DNA from: Diaphorobacter ruginosibacter
GTDB taxonomy: Bacteria; Pseudomonadota; Gammaproteobacteria; Burkholderiales; Burkholderiaceae_C
Direction: 5' to 3'
NCBI RefSeq assembly: GCF_040396215.1
Contig: NZ_JBEBOW010000002.1
Coordinates: 9,437 to 73,436, forward strand
Length of the DNA: 64,000 nt
Part shown: positions 38,161 through 47,600 of the stretch, one piece after another
How the letters are laid out: each line of letters opens with the position of its first letter
Numbering within the stretch: position 1 is the first letter of the stretch
Program-made: the position numbers and the translations under genes
Notes under the pieces: model-generated
Databases searched by the model: none
The model's input: only the letters and a program-made list of their open reading frames with translations
What the model was told of the DNA's origin: nothing

Positions 38161-39123
38161 TCACTTCCAGCAGGCCACCTGGCCGGCCGCCGCATGGCGC
38201 GGATCGATGAAGATGTCTTCGGCCGCGACCTCCCCGCCCACCAGTCCCTGCTGGTGAGCATAGCGGATCAACGCCTGCAGCGAAGCCTGGTTTTCCGCGA
38301 ATCCATAGGGCAGCGGATCACCCACGTACTGGCGCAATTTCAGATAGCGCCTGTCGTCGCCCGACGGCTCGGCGCGCGACTCCAGCGACTGCAGGTAGGC
38401 GTCCTTGGAGCGCGTGAAATGCCCATACAGGGCCAGCCCGATCCCGGGGTGGCGCTCGAGCACCTCGTTCCTCACCACGATCACGCCATGGATCGGATAG
38501 ATGCCCGTGCGCTCGAACCACCGGCGCTCCACGCTGGCCGCGTCCGCCACGAGATCCTCCATCTCGACCTGCGCGTCGCCCGCGCCTGCGAGGCCGTCGA
38601 ACGCCACGTCGATCTCGCCCGCGTTGATCGCATCGGCGATCTTGCGGCCTTCAGGCAGGCGCTGCACGTTGGCGGGCAGCGCCATGTCGTCCAGGTTCTC
38701 GGCCTCCTCGGTGACCCACTGCACCTTGCCCGCGTCGAGCCCGTAGTCATCGGCGAACACGCCGCGCGTCCACACGGCCGCCGTCACCGAATAGTTGCGC
38801 ACGCCGACCTTGCGGCCCTCGAGCTGCCGGGGGCTGTCGATCACGACGCCCTTGCGCTTCTTGATGCCCGAGTGGCGAAAGCGACGCGTCATCGGGATCG
38901 GCAAAGCGGTGATCCGCGCGCCGCGCTCGAGCGCCATCAGGTACATGGTCGGCGCCATCTCGCAGATGTCATAGGGCTGGGTGCGCGCCATGTCGCGGTA
39001 GGCATCGGGCATGCGCTTGATATCCACGAAATCGAACACAACGCCCGGCATCGCCTCCCGCAGCTGGCGCACGCCTTCGAGCTGCGCGTGCTTTCCCAGC
39101 ACGGTCTTGAGACTATCGGCCAT
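38161..39123 (-). CDS. 4,5-dihydroxyphthalate decarboxylase (PhtD/OphC)-like protein, paralog 1
   Basis: YDICEMAPTMYLMA, RRFRHSGI and LEGRKVGVRNYSVTAAVWTRGVFADDYGLD resemble Pht5/PhtD as I remember it. Its start overlaps the HpcH-family gene stop by 1 nt. Confidence 0.78.
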   Translation of the reverse strand: MADSLKTVLGKHAQLEGVRQLREAMPGVVFDFVDIKRMPDAYRDMARTQPYDICEMAPTMYLMALERGARITALPIPMTRRFRHSGIKKRKGVVIDSPRQLEGRKVGVRNYSVTAAVWTRGVFADDYGLDAGKVQWVTEEAENLDDMALPANVQRLPEGRKIADAINAGEIDVAFDGLAGAGDAQVEMEDLVADAASVERRWFERTGIYPIHGVIVVRNEVLERHPGIGLALYGHFTRSKDAYLQSLESRAEPSGDDRRYLKLRQYVGDPLPYGFAENQASLQALIRYAHQQGLVGGEVAAEDIFIDPRHAAAGQVACWK

Positions 39124-39983
39124 CACAGCCCCTTGACGATGTTGCGGCCCGTATCCAGCGCCGAGAAGTCGCGGCGCGGATAGCTCATCAGGAAACGGTA
39201 GCCCTGCTCGATGATGCCCTGCGCGTTCTGCCGGGTCATGTGCGGATGGCCCACGGGCACGTTGAACGCCCTGCCCACCTCCAGCACATGCGCCATGTGC
39301 CTGAGCAGCTCGGGGTTCTCGTAGTCGCGCGGGCAGCCCAGCTCCTGCGTGAGATCGCCCTCGCCGATCAGCAGCACGCCGATGCCCTCGACCTCGCGGA
39401 GCATCGTCTCGATGTTGTTGACGCCCTGCACATCCTCGATCATCAGCGCGACCAGGATCTCGCCCTCGGGCACCAGCGGCCACACATCGGCGCGCTTGTA
39501 ATACTCCTGCTGCGACAGGCCCCAGTAACGCGCCGCGGCCATCGGCGCGTCGCCGCGCAGGCCCGCGGGCTCATAGTGATCGCGGCCGGGCAGGCGCGGA
39601 TAACGGCAGGCCGCCACCGCGTTGTAGGCCTCGGCGCTGTTGCTGATGCGCGGCCAGACGATGCCATAGGCGCCCAGGTCCAGCGCCTGCTTGGCAAGCC
39701 ACTGGTTCATCTCGCTGCCACTGGCAGGAATGCGCACCATCGGCGTCATCGGGTTGGCCAGCGAGCCCATCTTCACGATCTGCTCGCGCTGCAGCAGAAA
39801 CTGCATCGCCGTGCGCAGCGCCGAGATGTCCCACGGGTTGTGCTCGAGCTCGAACACCAGTCCGTCGTTGCCCGACTGGCCAAAGTTGACCGCGTTTTCG
39901 ATCTCCGCCTGCACGAACGATGTGAATGCGATACCCGGACCCGACTCCAGCGCGCGAATAATGCCATTGAGGCGCATGCTCAT
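39123..39983 (-). CDS. HpcH/HpaI-family class II aldolase
   Basis: 286 aa of TIM-barrel aldolase family sequence (MVRIP..., IEDVQGVNNIETM, LLIGEGDL). Confidence 0.86.
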   Translation of the reverse strand: MSMRLNGIIRALESGPGIAFTSFVQAEIENAVNFGQSGNDGLVFELEHNPWDISALRTAMQFLLQREQIVKMGSLANPMTPMVRIPASGSEMNQWLAKQALDLGAYGIVWPRISNSAEAYNAVAACRYPRLPGRDHYEPAGLRGDAPMAAARYWGLSQQEYYKRADVWPLVPEGEILVALMIEDVQGVNNIETMLREVEGIGVLLIGEGDLTQELGCPRDYENPELLRHMAHVLEVGRAFNVPVGHPHMTRQNAQGIIEQGYRFLMSYPRRDFSALDTGRNIVKGL

Positions 39984-40005
39984 TTCTCCACCAAAATACA
40001 GAAAA

Positions 40006-41043
40006 TCAAATCATCGCCACGCAAAATGCATCACCCGCATCGGATGGCAATTGCTTTTCAAACCAGTTTTCCGCGCCATCGAAGGTATAGAAAACCTGGC
40101 CGCCACGCGTCACGGAAATGACGCCATCACCATTCTTGATATGAACATTGATGCCCATGATGGTGCTTTCCGGATTCACCTGAGAATCGGCGCGCCGCCA
40201 ATTTCGTCCAAGATCGTCGCTGGTATAGACAGCACCGGCGTTGCTGCGCGAGGAAATACTGAAACACGCATAGAGTTTCTCTGGCTTTCCTGCCACCACG
40301 CGCAGATCGCGGCAATAACTGAAAGGAGCGAAATTGCGGACTTTCAAATCCTCGAAGGTCTTGCCAAGGTCGTTGCTTTCGAATACGCCCATGCGGCACA
40401 GGTAATACACGGCATCGGGCCTGGCCGTCGATGTGGTCACCGCATGCGCGTCGAACATCCCCTCGGCCTCGTCATCCGTCTCGATCTTGCTCTTGAGCAC
40501 GGGATCCCTGGCAAGCTCGACCAGCGCCCCGGTACGGGCATTCCAGGTCTTTCCGCCGTCCTCGCTCAGCATGAAACCATTGATTTCGGCAATGCCGTAG
40601 AGCACCTTGTCGTTGGTCGGATGAAATGCCAGGCGCATCACGCGCGAGGCGCCGAAACGGATATTGAAGCGCTCCGGATGATTCACCTGGCATGCCGTCC
40701 AGGTTTCACCGCCATCCAGGCTCTCGAACACGCCAATCGGAGAGGTGCCCGCAAACAGATGATCCGGGTTGCGCGGGTCAAATTCGATGGACCAGAACTG
40801 AATACCCTCCGGCGCATGCACGTTGCGCCATCCCAGGCCCTTGTCGGTGGATTTGAAAATACCTTTTCTCGTGGCGGCGAAAATAATATTCTCATTGACC
40901 GGATGCTGGACAACCGCCTGCACTGCGGCATTATCAGGAATATCACCCACCTTGACCCACTCCTTGCCATGCTCCATTCTGTAGAGCGAGCCAATGGCAT
41001 TTTCCCGGGTCACCGCCGTTCCTGCAAAAAGCACCTTGTCCAT
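40006..41043 (-). CDS. cytoplasmic BNR/Asp-box beta-propeller protein of unknown function
   Basis: Six Asp-box-like repeats: STDKGLGW, SLDGGETW, SEDGGKTW, SNDLGKTF, SDDLGRNW, TFDGAENW. No signal peptide. GC is locally low. Trimmed to MDKVLFAG (ATG 41043). Confidence 0.78.
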   Translation of the reverse strand: MDKVLFAGTAVTRENAIGSLYRMEHGKEWVKVGDIPDNAAVQAVVQHPVNENIIFAATRKGIFKSTDKGLGWRNVHAPEGIQFWSIEFDPRNPDHLFAGTSPIGVFESLDGGETWTACQVNHPERFNIRFGASRVMRLAFHPTNDKVLYGIAEINGFMLSEDGGKTWNARTGALVELARDPVLKSKIETDDEAEGMFDAHAVTTSTARPDAVYYLCRMGVFESNDLGKTFEDLKVRNFAPFSYCRDLRVVAGKPEKLYACFSISSRSNAGAVYTSDDLGRNWRRADSQVNPESTIMGINVHIKNGDGVISVTRGGQVFYTFDGAENWFEKQLPSDAGDAFCVAMI

Positions 41044-41239
41044 GCATATCTCCTGAATTTGATGAATCAATTCTAGGAATTCACGATTTCAGCGGCCAAT
41101 CAATTTGAACGGCTATCCATAAATTTTTGCTGAATGAATTCGCGCCACCGCCAGGGCATGGCGCGGGACGAAAAAAAGGCCCCCACGCTTCCCCGCTGCG
41201 CGTGGTCCGCTGCCCCCGAGGGGGTGATTTTTGGGCGAC

Positions 41240-41263
41240 AAAAAAAGGGACCGCCCGGGTCCC
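41240..41263 (-). terminator. rho-independent terminator after the maleate-isomerase-like gene
   Basis: The reverse strand reads GGGACC-CGGGC-GGTCCC followed by TTTTTTT. A second, weaker hairpin plus T run follows at about 41171-41205. Confidence 0.65.
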
Positions 41264-41290
41264 TCAAGAAGCACTCGCATTTCCTCTCTG

Positions 41291-42037
41291 TCAATGTGTG
41301 AACAGCCGCCCCGCATCCGGCAGGTTGCCGCTCCAGCCCACCTGCCGCAGCGCATCCCAGAGCACGGCCTGATTGCTCGTCACCACCGGCACGCCGAGCT
41401 TGTCCTCGAGCTCCCGCACCGCCTCGAACGCACGCACGTTCGCGCATGACAGCAGGATCGCGTCCATGCCCGGCACCGCATGCTGCAGCGCGTGCGTGAC
41501 GAGCTGCGCGGGCGGCATCAGCGCGGCCTGGCGGGCATCGACGAAATTCAGTCCCACGGATTGCAGAATCTCCAGGCCGTCGGCCTCCAGCGAGGTCCGC
41601 TCGTCATTGGAGAACTTGTCCGCGAACGGGCAGACATGCACGATCTTTGCCGCGCCCACGGCCTTGAGCGCGCGCTTGATGGCCACCATGGTGTTGGACG
41701 ACTTCACGCCCAATTCCTTTTCCATGCGCTCGGCAAGCGACCAGTCGCCCCGCGCGCCGTTCGAGACACTCGCGCCCGTGCAGTTGAAGGTGATCACGTC
41801 CGCGCCAAGGTCCTTGAGGTAGCCGGACTCATCGATGGCCTCCAGGTGCGCGCGCAGCAGACTGTCGCGCGTGACCACTCCGCCCTCCTTGCGCAGGCGG
41901 ATGCGGTGTACGTGGTAGGCCACGTCCTCGGGGCAGAACTTGCGGAAATCGTCCTCGCCGATGGTGTTGAGCGACGGCACGACCATGCCGATGCGCTGCT
42001 TTTTCTTGTCTTCACTCGTTTGCATGTTCAAAGTCAC
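41291..42037 (-). CDS. Asp/Glu/hydantoin racemase superfamily protein (maleate cis-trans isomerase / arylmalonate decarboxylase-like)
   Basis: Two catalytic-Cys contexts, FNCTGAS and LSCANVR. Its start overlaps the Bug gene stop (ATGA). Confidence 0.82.
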   Translation of the reverse strand: MTLNMQTSEDKKKQRIGMVVPSLNTIGEDDFRKFCPEDVAYHVHRIRLRKEGGVVTRDSLLRAHLEAIDESGYLKDLGADVITFNCTGASVSNGARGDWSLAERMEKELGVKSSNTMVAIKRALKAVGAAKIVHVCPFADKFSNDERTSLEADGLEILQSVGLNFVDARQAALMPPAQLVTHALQHAVPGMDAILLSCANVRAFEAVRELEDKLGVPVVTSNQAVLWDALRQVGWSGNLPDAGRLFTH

Positions 42038-43029
42038 TTCTGCTTGGCCGCGCCGGTTTCCTCGATGATCTTGCCGTAGCGCTGGATGTCGCTGGCGATC
42101 AGCTTGCGGAATTCCTCGGAAGAACCGTACAGGCGCTCGTTTTTCTGCACCTCGAAGAATTTCCCTGATTCGGGATCATCCAGAATCGCCCTGATCTCGC
42201 GGTTCAGCCGCTCGACGATGGGCGCGGGCGTGTGCGCGGGCGCCAGGATGCCCATCCAGTTGACCACCTCGAAGCCCGGCAGATGCGCGGCCTCCGCGAT
42301 CGTGGGGATGCCCGGCGCCATGGCGCTCGGGCTGGCCGTGGAAATCGCCAGCATCTTGAGGCGGCCGGTCTTGGCGAAGGTATCGGCCGATGCGTAGCCG
42401 CTCGAGACCATGTCCACCTCGCCCGCCACCGCCGCCTGCACCGAGGCCGGCGTGCCCGCGTAGGGAATGAAGCGTATGGGCAGATTCGCCTCCTTCACGA
42501 ACATCGCCATGCCCAGGTACATGGTCGTCGATCCGCTGATCGCGCCGTAAGTCAGCTTGTCGGGATGGGCCTTGGCATAGGCCATCATCTCGGGCAAGGT
42601 GTTGAACGGCGCATCGGCGCGCGCCGCGATACCGTTGGGAGCGGTCGCCACGGGCGCCACCGGGGCAAAGTCCTTGAGCGCATCAAACGGCAGGTTGGGG
42701 TAGAAACCCGGATTGATGGCATGCGCGACGCTGGTGAACAGCAGCGTCTGCCCATCGGGCCTGGCGCGCGCCACGACCGCCGTGCCGATCGCCGCGCCCG
42801 CGCCGGGCTTGTTCTCCACGACCACCGGCTGGCCGAGCCGCCCTTCCAGCTTCTTGCTGATGTAGCGGGCCATCAGGTCCACGCCGCCGCCGGGGGCGAA
42901 CGGCACGATCAGGTTCACCGCGCGGGTGGGATAGCCATCCGCCTCGGCGCTCATGGCGTTTGCGCCAGACAACACCCCGCCCACGGCCATGACGCCCGCG
43001 AGCGCCGCCTTCTTGTTCCAATTCCACAT
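42034..43029 (-). CDS. Bug-family (TctC-like) substrate-binding protein
   Basis: Signal peptide MWNWNKKAALAGVMAVGGVLSGANAMS and family blocks (VVENKPGAGA, IPYAGTPAS). Trimmed to ATG 43029. Confidence 0.9.
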   Translation of the reverse strand: MWNWNKKAALAGVMAVGGVLSGANAMSAEADGYPTRAVNLIVPFAPGGGVDLMARYISKKLEGRLGQPVVVENKPGAGAAIGTAVVARARPDGQTLLFTSVAHAINPGFYPNLPFDALKDFAPVAPVATAPNGIAARADAPFNTLPEMMAYAKAHPDKLTYGAISGSTTMYLGMAMFVKEANLPIRFIPYAGTPASVQAAVAGEVDMVSSGYASADTFAKTGRLKMLAISTASPSAMAPGIPTIAEAAHLPGFEVVNWMGILAPAHTPAPIVERLNREIRAILDDPESGKFFEVQKNERLYGSSEEFRKLIASDIQRYGKIIEETGAAKQK

Positions 43030-43084
43030 GCTTTGTCTCCACTGGGCGACGCCGGCTTGCAATACGGCGCCGCCATGCACTGCC

Positions 43085-44218
43085 TCAGAAATAGTGCTTC
43101 ATGCCCACCGTGATCAAACGGGTGTCGTTCTTGTAGATCGCCGGATTGCCGTCGCTGCCTTTAAGATCCGTCACGAAATCGGCGTACAGCGACGTGCGCT
43201 TGGACAGCGCATACTGCGTGCCGACATTCACCACGAACGCATCGGTGCCGTCCACGATGCCGTAGGCCCCGGTGCCGTTGGTGCTGTGCTGGCCGAACTT
43301 CAGGTACGGCTCGAAGGCGCCCATGCGATAGGCGCTGGTCAGCGCCCAGGACTTGGCGCGGGTCCATTTTGCAGATGGGCCCGAGGCGGTTTCATATTGG
43401 TAGATGGCGCCCACGCGCAGAGCGCCGAATTTATACGTTCCACCCAGGCTGGTAAGCGCGCCCTTGGCATTCCACAGCGGATCCGGGCGAACCTCGGCAT
43501 AACCAATGCCGATGAACAGATTCTGATCCTGATATGTCAGCGTCGCATCGACGTGATCTCCAGATCCATTGGCCGGATTTTTCCCAAGCTCACCCATGGA
43601 ATACATGACTTTCGCCTGGAAACCGGAAATACGTGAGCTCACATATTGAATCGCATTATTCTTGCGATTCGATTCAGCGCTTCCCGCCGTGCCATTTCCA
43701 CCCGAGAAAACAGAAATACCTTCATTATTATTACCACCCCGCCCGGGACTTCCGGATATCCAGCGCCCCACGGTCGCCAGATCTCCGTTGTACATGATGC
43801 CCGTGCCGTTGAAGCCGCTGCCGCACCAGTGCAGATCCACCTGGCACAGCAGATTGGCGGACCCCGTCAGATAGCGGCCGAAACGCACCTCGCCCCATTG
43901 CGCGCCGGACAGGCCCACCCAGGAATTCCGGTTGAAGAATCCGAAGCGGCTGGTCTCGCCCGTGTCCACTGCGGGGGCCATCTCCAGCATGAAATTGGCC
44001 TTCAGGCCGCCGCCCAGGTCTTCCTTGCCGGCAATAATCAACCGCGATGTTTCAAACGCGCCATTCTGCAGGCGATTGACGGTATTGCCATTGGCGCTCT
44101 TGTAATTCTGAATACCCGCATCCAGCACACCCGAAATCTTCAATTCAGACTGCGCCTGTGCTGAAATCCCCACCGCTCCCAATAGCCCCAAAGCCACCCA
44201 TCGATATTGCAATCGCAT
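43085..44218 (-). CDS. outer-membrane general porin (Gram-negative porin family)
   Basis: Signal peptide ending AQA. The sequence has alternating beta-strand character and ends in the aromatic residues ...GMKHYF. Confidence 0.9.
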   Translation of the reverse strand: MRLQYRWVALGLLGAVGISAQAQSELKISGVLDAGIQNYKSANGNTVNRLQNGAFETSRLIIAGKEDLGGGLKANFMLEMAPAVDTGETSRFGFFNRNSWVGLSGAQWGEVRFGRYLTGSANLLCQVDLHWCGSGFNGTGIMYNGDLATVGRWISGSPGRGGNNNEGISVFSGGNGTAGSAESNRKNNAIQYVSSRISGFQAKVMYSMGELGKNPANGSGDHVDATLTYQDQNLFIGIGYAEVRPDPLWNAKGALTSLGGTYKFGALRVGAIYQYETASGPSAKWTRAKSWALTSAYRMGAFEPYLKFGQHSTNGTGAYGIVDGTDAFVVNVGTQYALSKRTSLYADFVTDLKGSDGNPAIYKNDTRLITVGMKHYF

Positions 44219-44516
44219 ATTTTGTCCCCGTAAGAATTATTCAACCCGCATGCGCCAGAATTCAAAACTCATGCGCTGCGGTAATTCTCATCAATTGGAG
44301 GCATGAAGTCCCATACAAAATGGGATGCATCTATAAATTTGTACTGAACAGCGGTTTTCTCAGGGTTTTCCAGCAAATCGGAAGCGGACGGAAAACAAGG
44401 GGCCGGATCTCCATCCATGGAGCCGTTTCGCGCCAGCGGGCGGGATGGCCCGGCGAGCATGCCGCATGTGCGGCGCCGGATCGCCAGGCCCGCAGGCACC
44501 CCGCCATAGGGGGGGT

Positions 44517-44550
44517 GCAGGAACAGGGTATGCGCAGGAACAGGGTGTGC
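44517..44550. repeat. tandem 17-bp direct repeat GCAGGAACAGGGTRTGC x2
   Basis: Read directly. The copies at 44517-44533 and 44534-44550 differ at one position. They lie in the intergenic region between the giant gene stop and the porin promoter region. Confidence 0.6.
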
Positions 44551-44607
44551 GCCGGAAGAATCCGCGCCGCCCGCAAGCCTCAATGGCTTGCGGACAGACC
44601 CGGTCGT

Positions 44608-47600
44608 TCAATCCGTGTGAAAGCGCCGCGGGCCGGATCGCTGGCGCCCCATCGCCAGACCCGACAGCAGCAGGCTGAGCAGCCCCAAGGCCAGCGCGCC
44701 CAAGGAAGGCACGGGCGTGGCGCCGGTGGGCCCGGGTGCCGCGCTGTTGATGGCAACACCACCGGGATCGGTGATGAACGAGTTCGCCAACAGATCACTG
44801 TCGCCCAAACCACCATCGGTCACCGTCAGCGTGACGGTGTTGCCGGAGATGGTGACACCGGGCAGCCGGTACCAGTGATCAGTGGGGTCGTCACTTGTCT
44901 TGCCGTATTTCCAATACTGCGCACCCGCGGGGAAACTCATGGGGTAGGTGAACTGAATGGTTGCCGCGGACCCTTTGAGTCCGTTGATGGCCGTGAATCC
45001 GAACAGACCTGCGGGGAACGTCAAATTGGCTGGAGGAACAAGGTCGGTGGACACCTGAAAACCCGTCACATCCCAGCCCGGTACGTCACCTGGCGGGCCA
45101 AAGATCCAGCCATCGCCCGAAATCTGCGCGGTGGCCAGGCCCTGAGGCAGGGTGCCGGTCACCGTGCTGGAAGTCCCCGCGGGCAGTGTCACCAGAACGC
45201 TGGCGTCCATTTCGGCGGCGGCATGGCTCTCGTCTCCCGGCTGTGAGGCCGTGACCGTGCACGTGCCTGCCGTGTAGAACGCCAGCGTCGTTCCCGTGAC
45301 CTCGCACACGCGGGTCGTCTTGGAGGTAAACGTGGTCACGGTCAGCCCCGGGATGTCGGACGTGGCACTGAGCGCCACATCCGCCGCGCGCAGCACCAGC
45401 GGGCCTGCTGGGAGACTGAACGTGAGGGTCTGCGAAGCCTTGCCGACGCTGATGGTCACGCTGTTGGAACTGGTCGCCGCATCGTAGCCGCCCGACGCGG
45501 CATTGCTCGCATTGATTTCGCACGAGCCGATGGCCTTGCCCGTGACCAGCCCCGACTTGGGGTCCAGGGTGCAGGCATCGCCGCCAGCCACCAGGGCGTA
45601 GGTGTAGTCGATCGTGCCGCTGCCGCCGGCGGCCGTCACGTTGGTGCTTCCATTCAGGGCGATGCTGGTGCTGGCGGCGCTGATGGTGATTTGCGCCTGG
45701 GCCTGATTGACGATGTTGATGGTGGCGGTGCTGGCGGGGGAATCCAGATAGTAGGCGTCTCCAGGCATGACCGCCTGCACGACGCAGGCGCCAGCGGAAA
45801 CCGCCGAGATCGTGTTGCCAAAGAGCGTGCAGACCCCAGGCGCGCCGCTGACGATGGAGTACACCACCGCGTTGTTGGTCGAGCCGCCTGTAAAACCAAG
45901 GAGCGCTGTCTGTCCGGCTTGCACAGTGGAGCTTGGCGCCGTGATCGCGAACGCCTGTTGCTCTGCTTTGTTCACGGTGATCGTCACGTCGCCCGATCCG
46001 GCTTCATAGTTGGCGTCGGCGGCTTGCGTTGCCGTCACCACGCAACTGCCCACCCCCGATGCCGACAGCACGTTGCCCAGAACCGAGCAGGGGCCGCTGG
46101 ACACCGCATACGAAATCGCACCGGTGCTGGCGTTCGGTGTCACACTCAGTTGCGACGTCTGGCCATAGGCGATGGTGGCGGGCGTTGCCTGCACGGCAAG
46201 TATTTCCCCGCTGGCCTTGGTGACGGTGATGACGGTGGACGCGATGGCGGGAAAGTAGTTGTCGTCACCGGCTTCGCTGGCGTTGATCGTGCAGGCTCCG
46301 GCGGTGAGCGCCTCGACTTGCGTGGCGCCGTTGATGCGGCAGACGGCGCTGGAAGAGGGGTCGACCGTCGCGGTTTCCGCGCCGCCGGACAGCGCGCCCG
46401 TGAAGCTCAATGCCGAGAATCCGCCAACCGGCATGCTCGAAGGTGCGGCGGTGACGGCGAACAAGGGTTGTTGCGCCTTGGCCGTCGTCAGTTCAATGGT
46501 CCAGGATGCGGGGTTGTAGTTGGTGTTGCCCGGGTTGGTCGCGATGACCTTGCACGCGCCCTGGGCCTTGACAGCGGTGACCTGGTTGCCGGACACCGAA
46601 CAGTAGGTGGAGGCATTCGCGTCGGCGGGGTCGAGCTCGTAGACCACCTGTACGCCGGTCACGCCGCCCGACGGAGTCAGCGTGACGCTGGCCTGGAAGG
46701 GCACGGACGTGCTGCTTGCCGAGACCGTGAAGTCCGTCTGATCTGCTTTGAGATTGGTCAGCGAGAAATCGGTCGTGGCGGCTCCGCTCGTGGCCACCAC
46801 GAGATAGGACCCGGCATACCCATTGGCCTTCACGCCCGTGAGCGTGGCATAACCGTCCACATCGGCCGTGGCGGTGTGCGTGCCGGGCATGTTGGTGGAA
46901 GGCGCGTTGGCGACGGCGGGCGCGGTGAAGTTCACGATCACGCGGGGAACCGGCTGGCCCAGCGAGTCTTTGACCAGCACCTTCAGATCCGCGTAGTCCT
47001 GCAAAATGATGGCGCTCTGCGTTCCGCCGCTGTCCTGAATGTCGAACGTGACGGGCGGGCCATATGAATCGATCCGCCGGAGCTCGCCTCGCTGCACGAT
47101 GCCCGGTGATGCGCTCGACGCACCGCCGGCGTACAGCACGGGACGGCCGAAGGGCCGGGTGGTGGCGTTGATATCCACAGCCTCGGCGGCCAATGCGTTG
47201 AAGCTGTCCATGCCGGACGCGCCGATCAGCCCCCAGAATTCGGGGGTGTTGGACGCAGCCGTGAAGCGCGCGAGAAATCCGTCCTGTCCTCCCAGGGAGA
47301 CATTGGAGAGGCCGCCCGCGCTCCCGGTTCCCGTCAGGTTCGTCAATGCGCCCGTCGAGTTGCCGATCACGTAGTAGCCATCGCCCACCGCCGCGACCGC
47401 GGTGGCGCTGTCGTATCCGCTGCCGCCCAGATACCGCGCGGACAACACGGACGCGCCACTGGCGGCAAGGCGCACCACGAAGCCATCCATGCCGCCGGCG
47501 AACGTGTTGCCGGCCACCGCATTGATGGGGAATCCCGAGGCGCTGGTCTCGCCGACCACCAGCACGCTGCCGTCCGCAAGAAGCCGGGCGCCCAACGCGC

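Noticed and set aside
39124-39483. Upstream extensions of the track ORFs for the PhtD-like gene (38161-39483), the SDR (27067-28107) and the AraC gene (54066-55652)
   Set aside because: The extensions overlap the preceding, well-supported genes in another frame. Internal ATGs coincide with typical stop/start coupling or with family N-termini.
41171-41224. Additional hairpins (CCACGC...GCGTGG plus a T run, and CCCCC-GA-GGGGG) as independent features
   Set aside because: The stems are short or the stem-to-T-run spacing is poor. I treat them as possible auxiliary terminator structures next to the clear terminator at 41240-41263, not as separate calls.
44517-44550. Possible CRISPR-like or minisatellite array
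   Set aside because: Only two adjacent 17-bp units are present, with no spacers. Nothing resembling a CRISPR array or cas genes occurs in the window.
44269-44611. Small ORFs (77-104 aa) in the giant-gene/porin intergenic region
   Set aside because: They overlap one another in several frames, and I saw no RBS or recognisable family.
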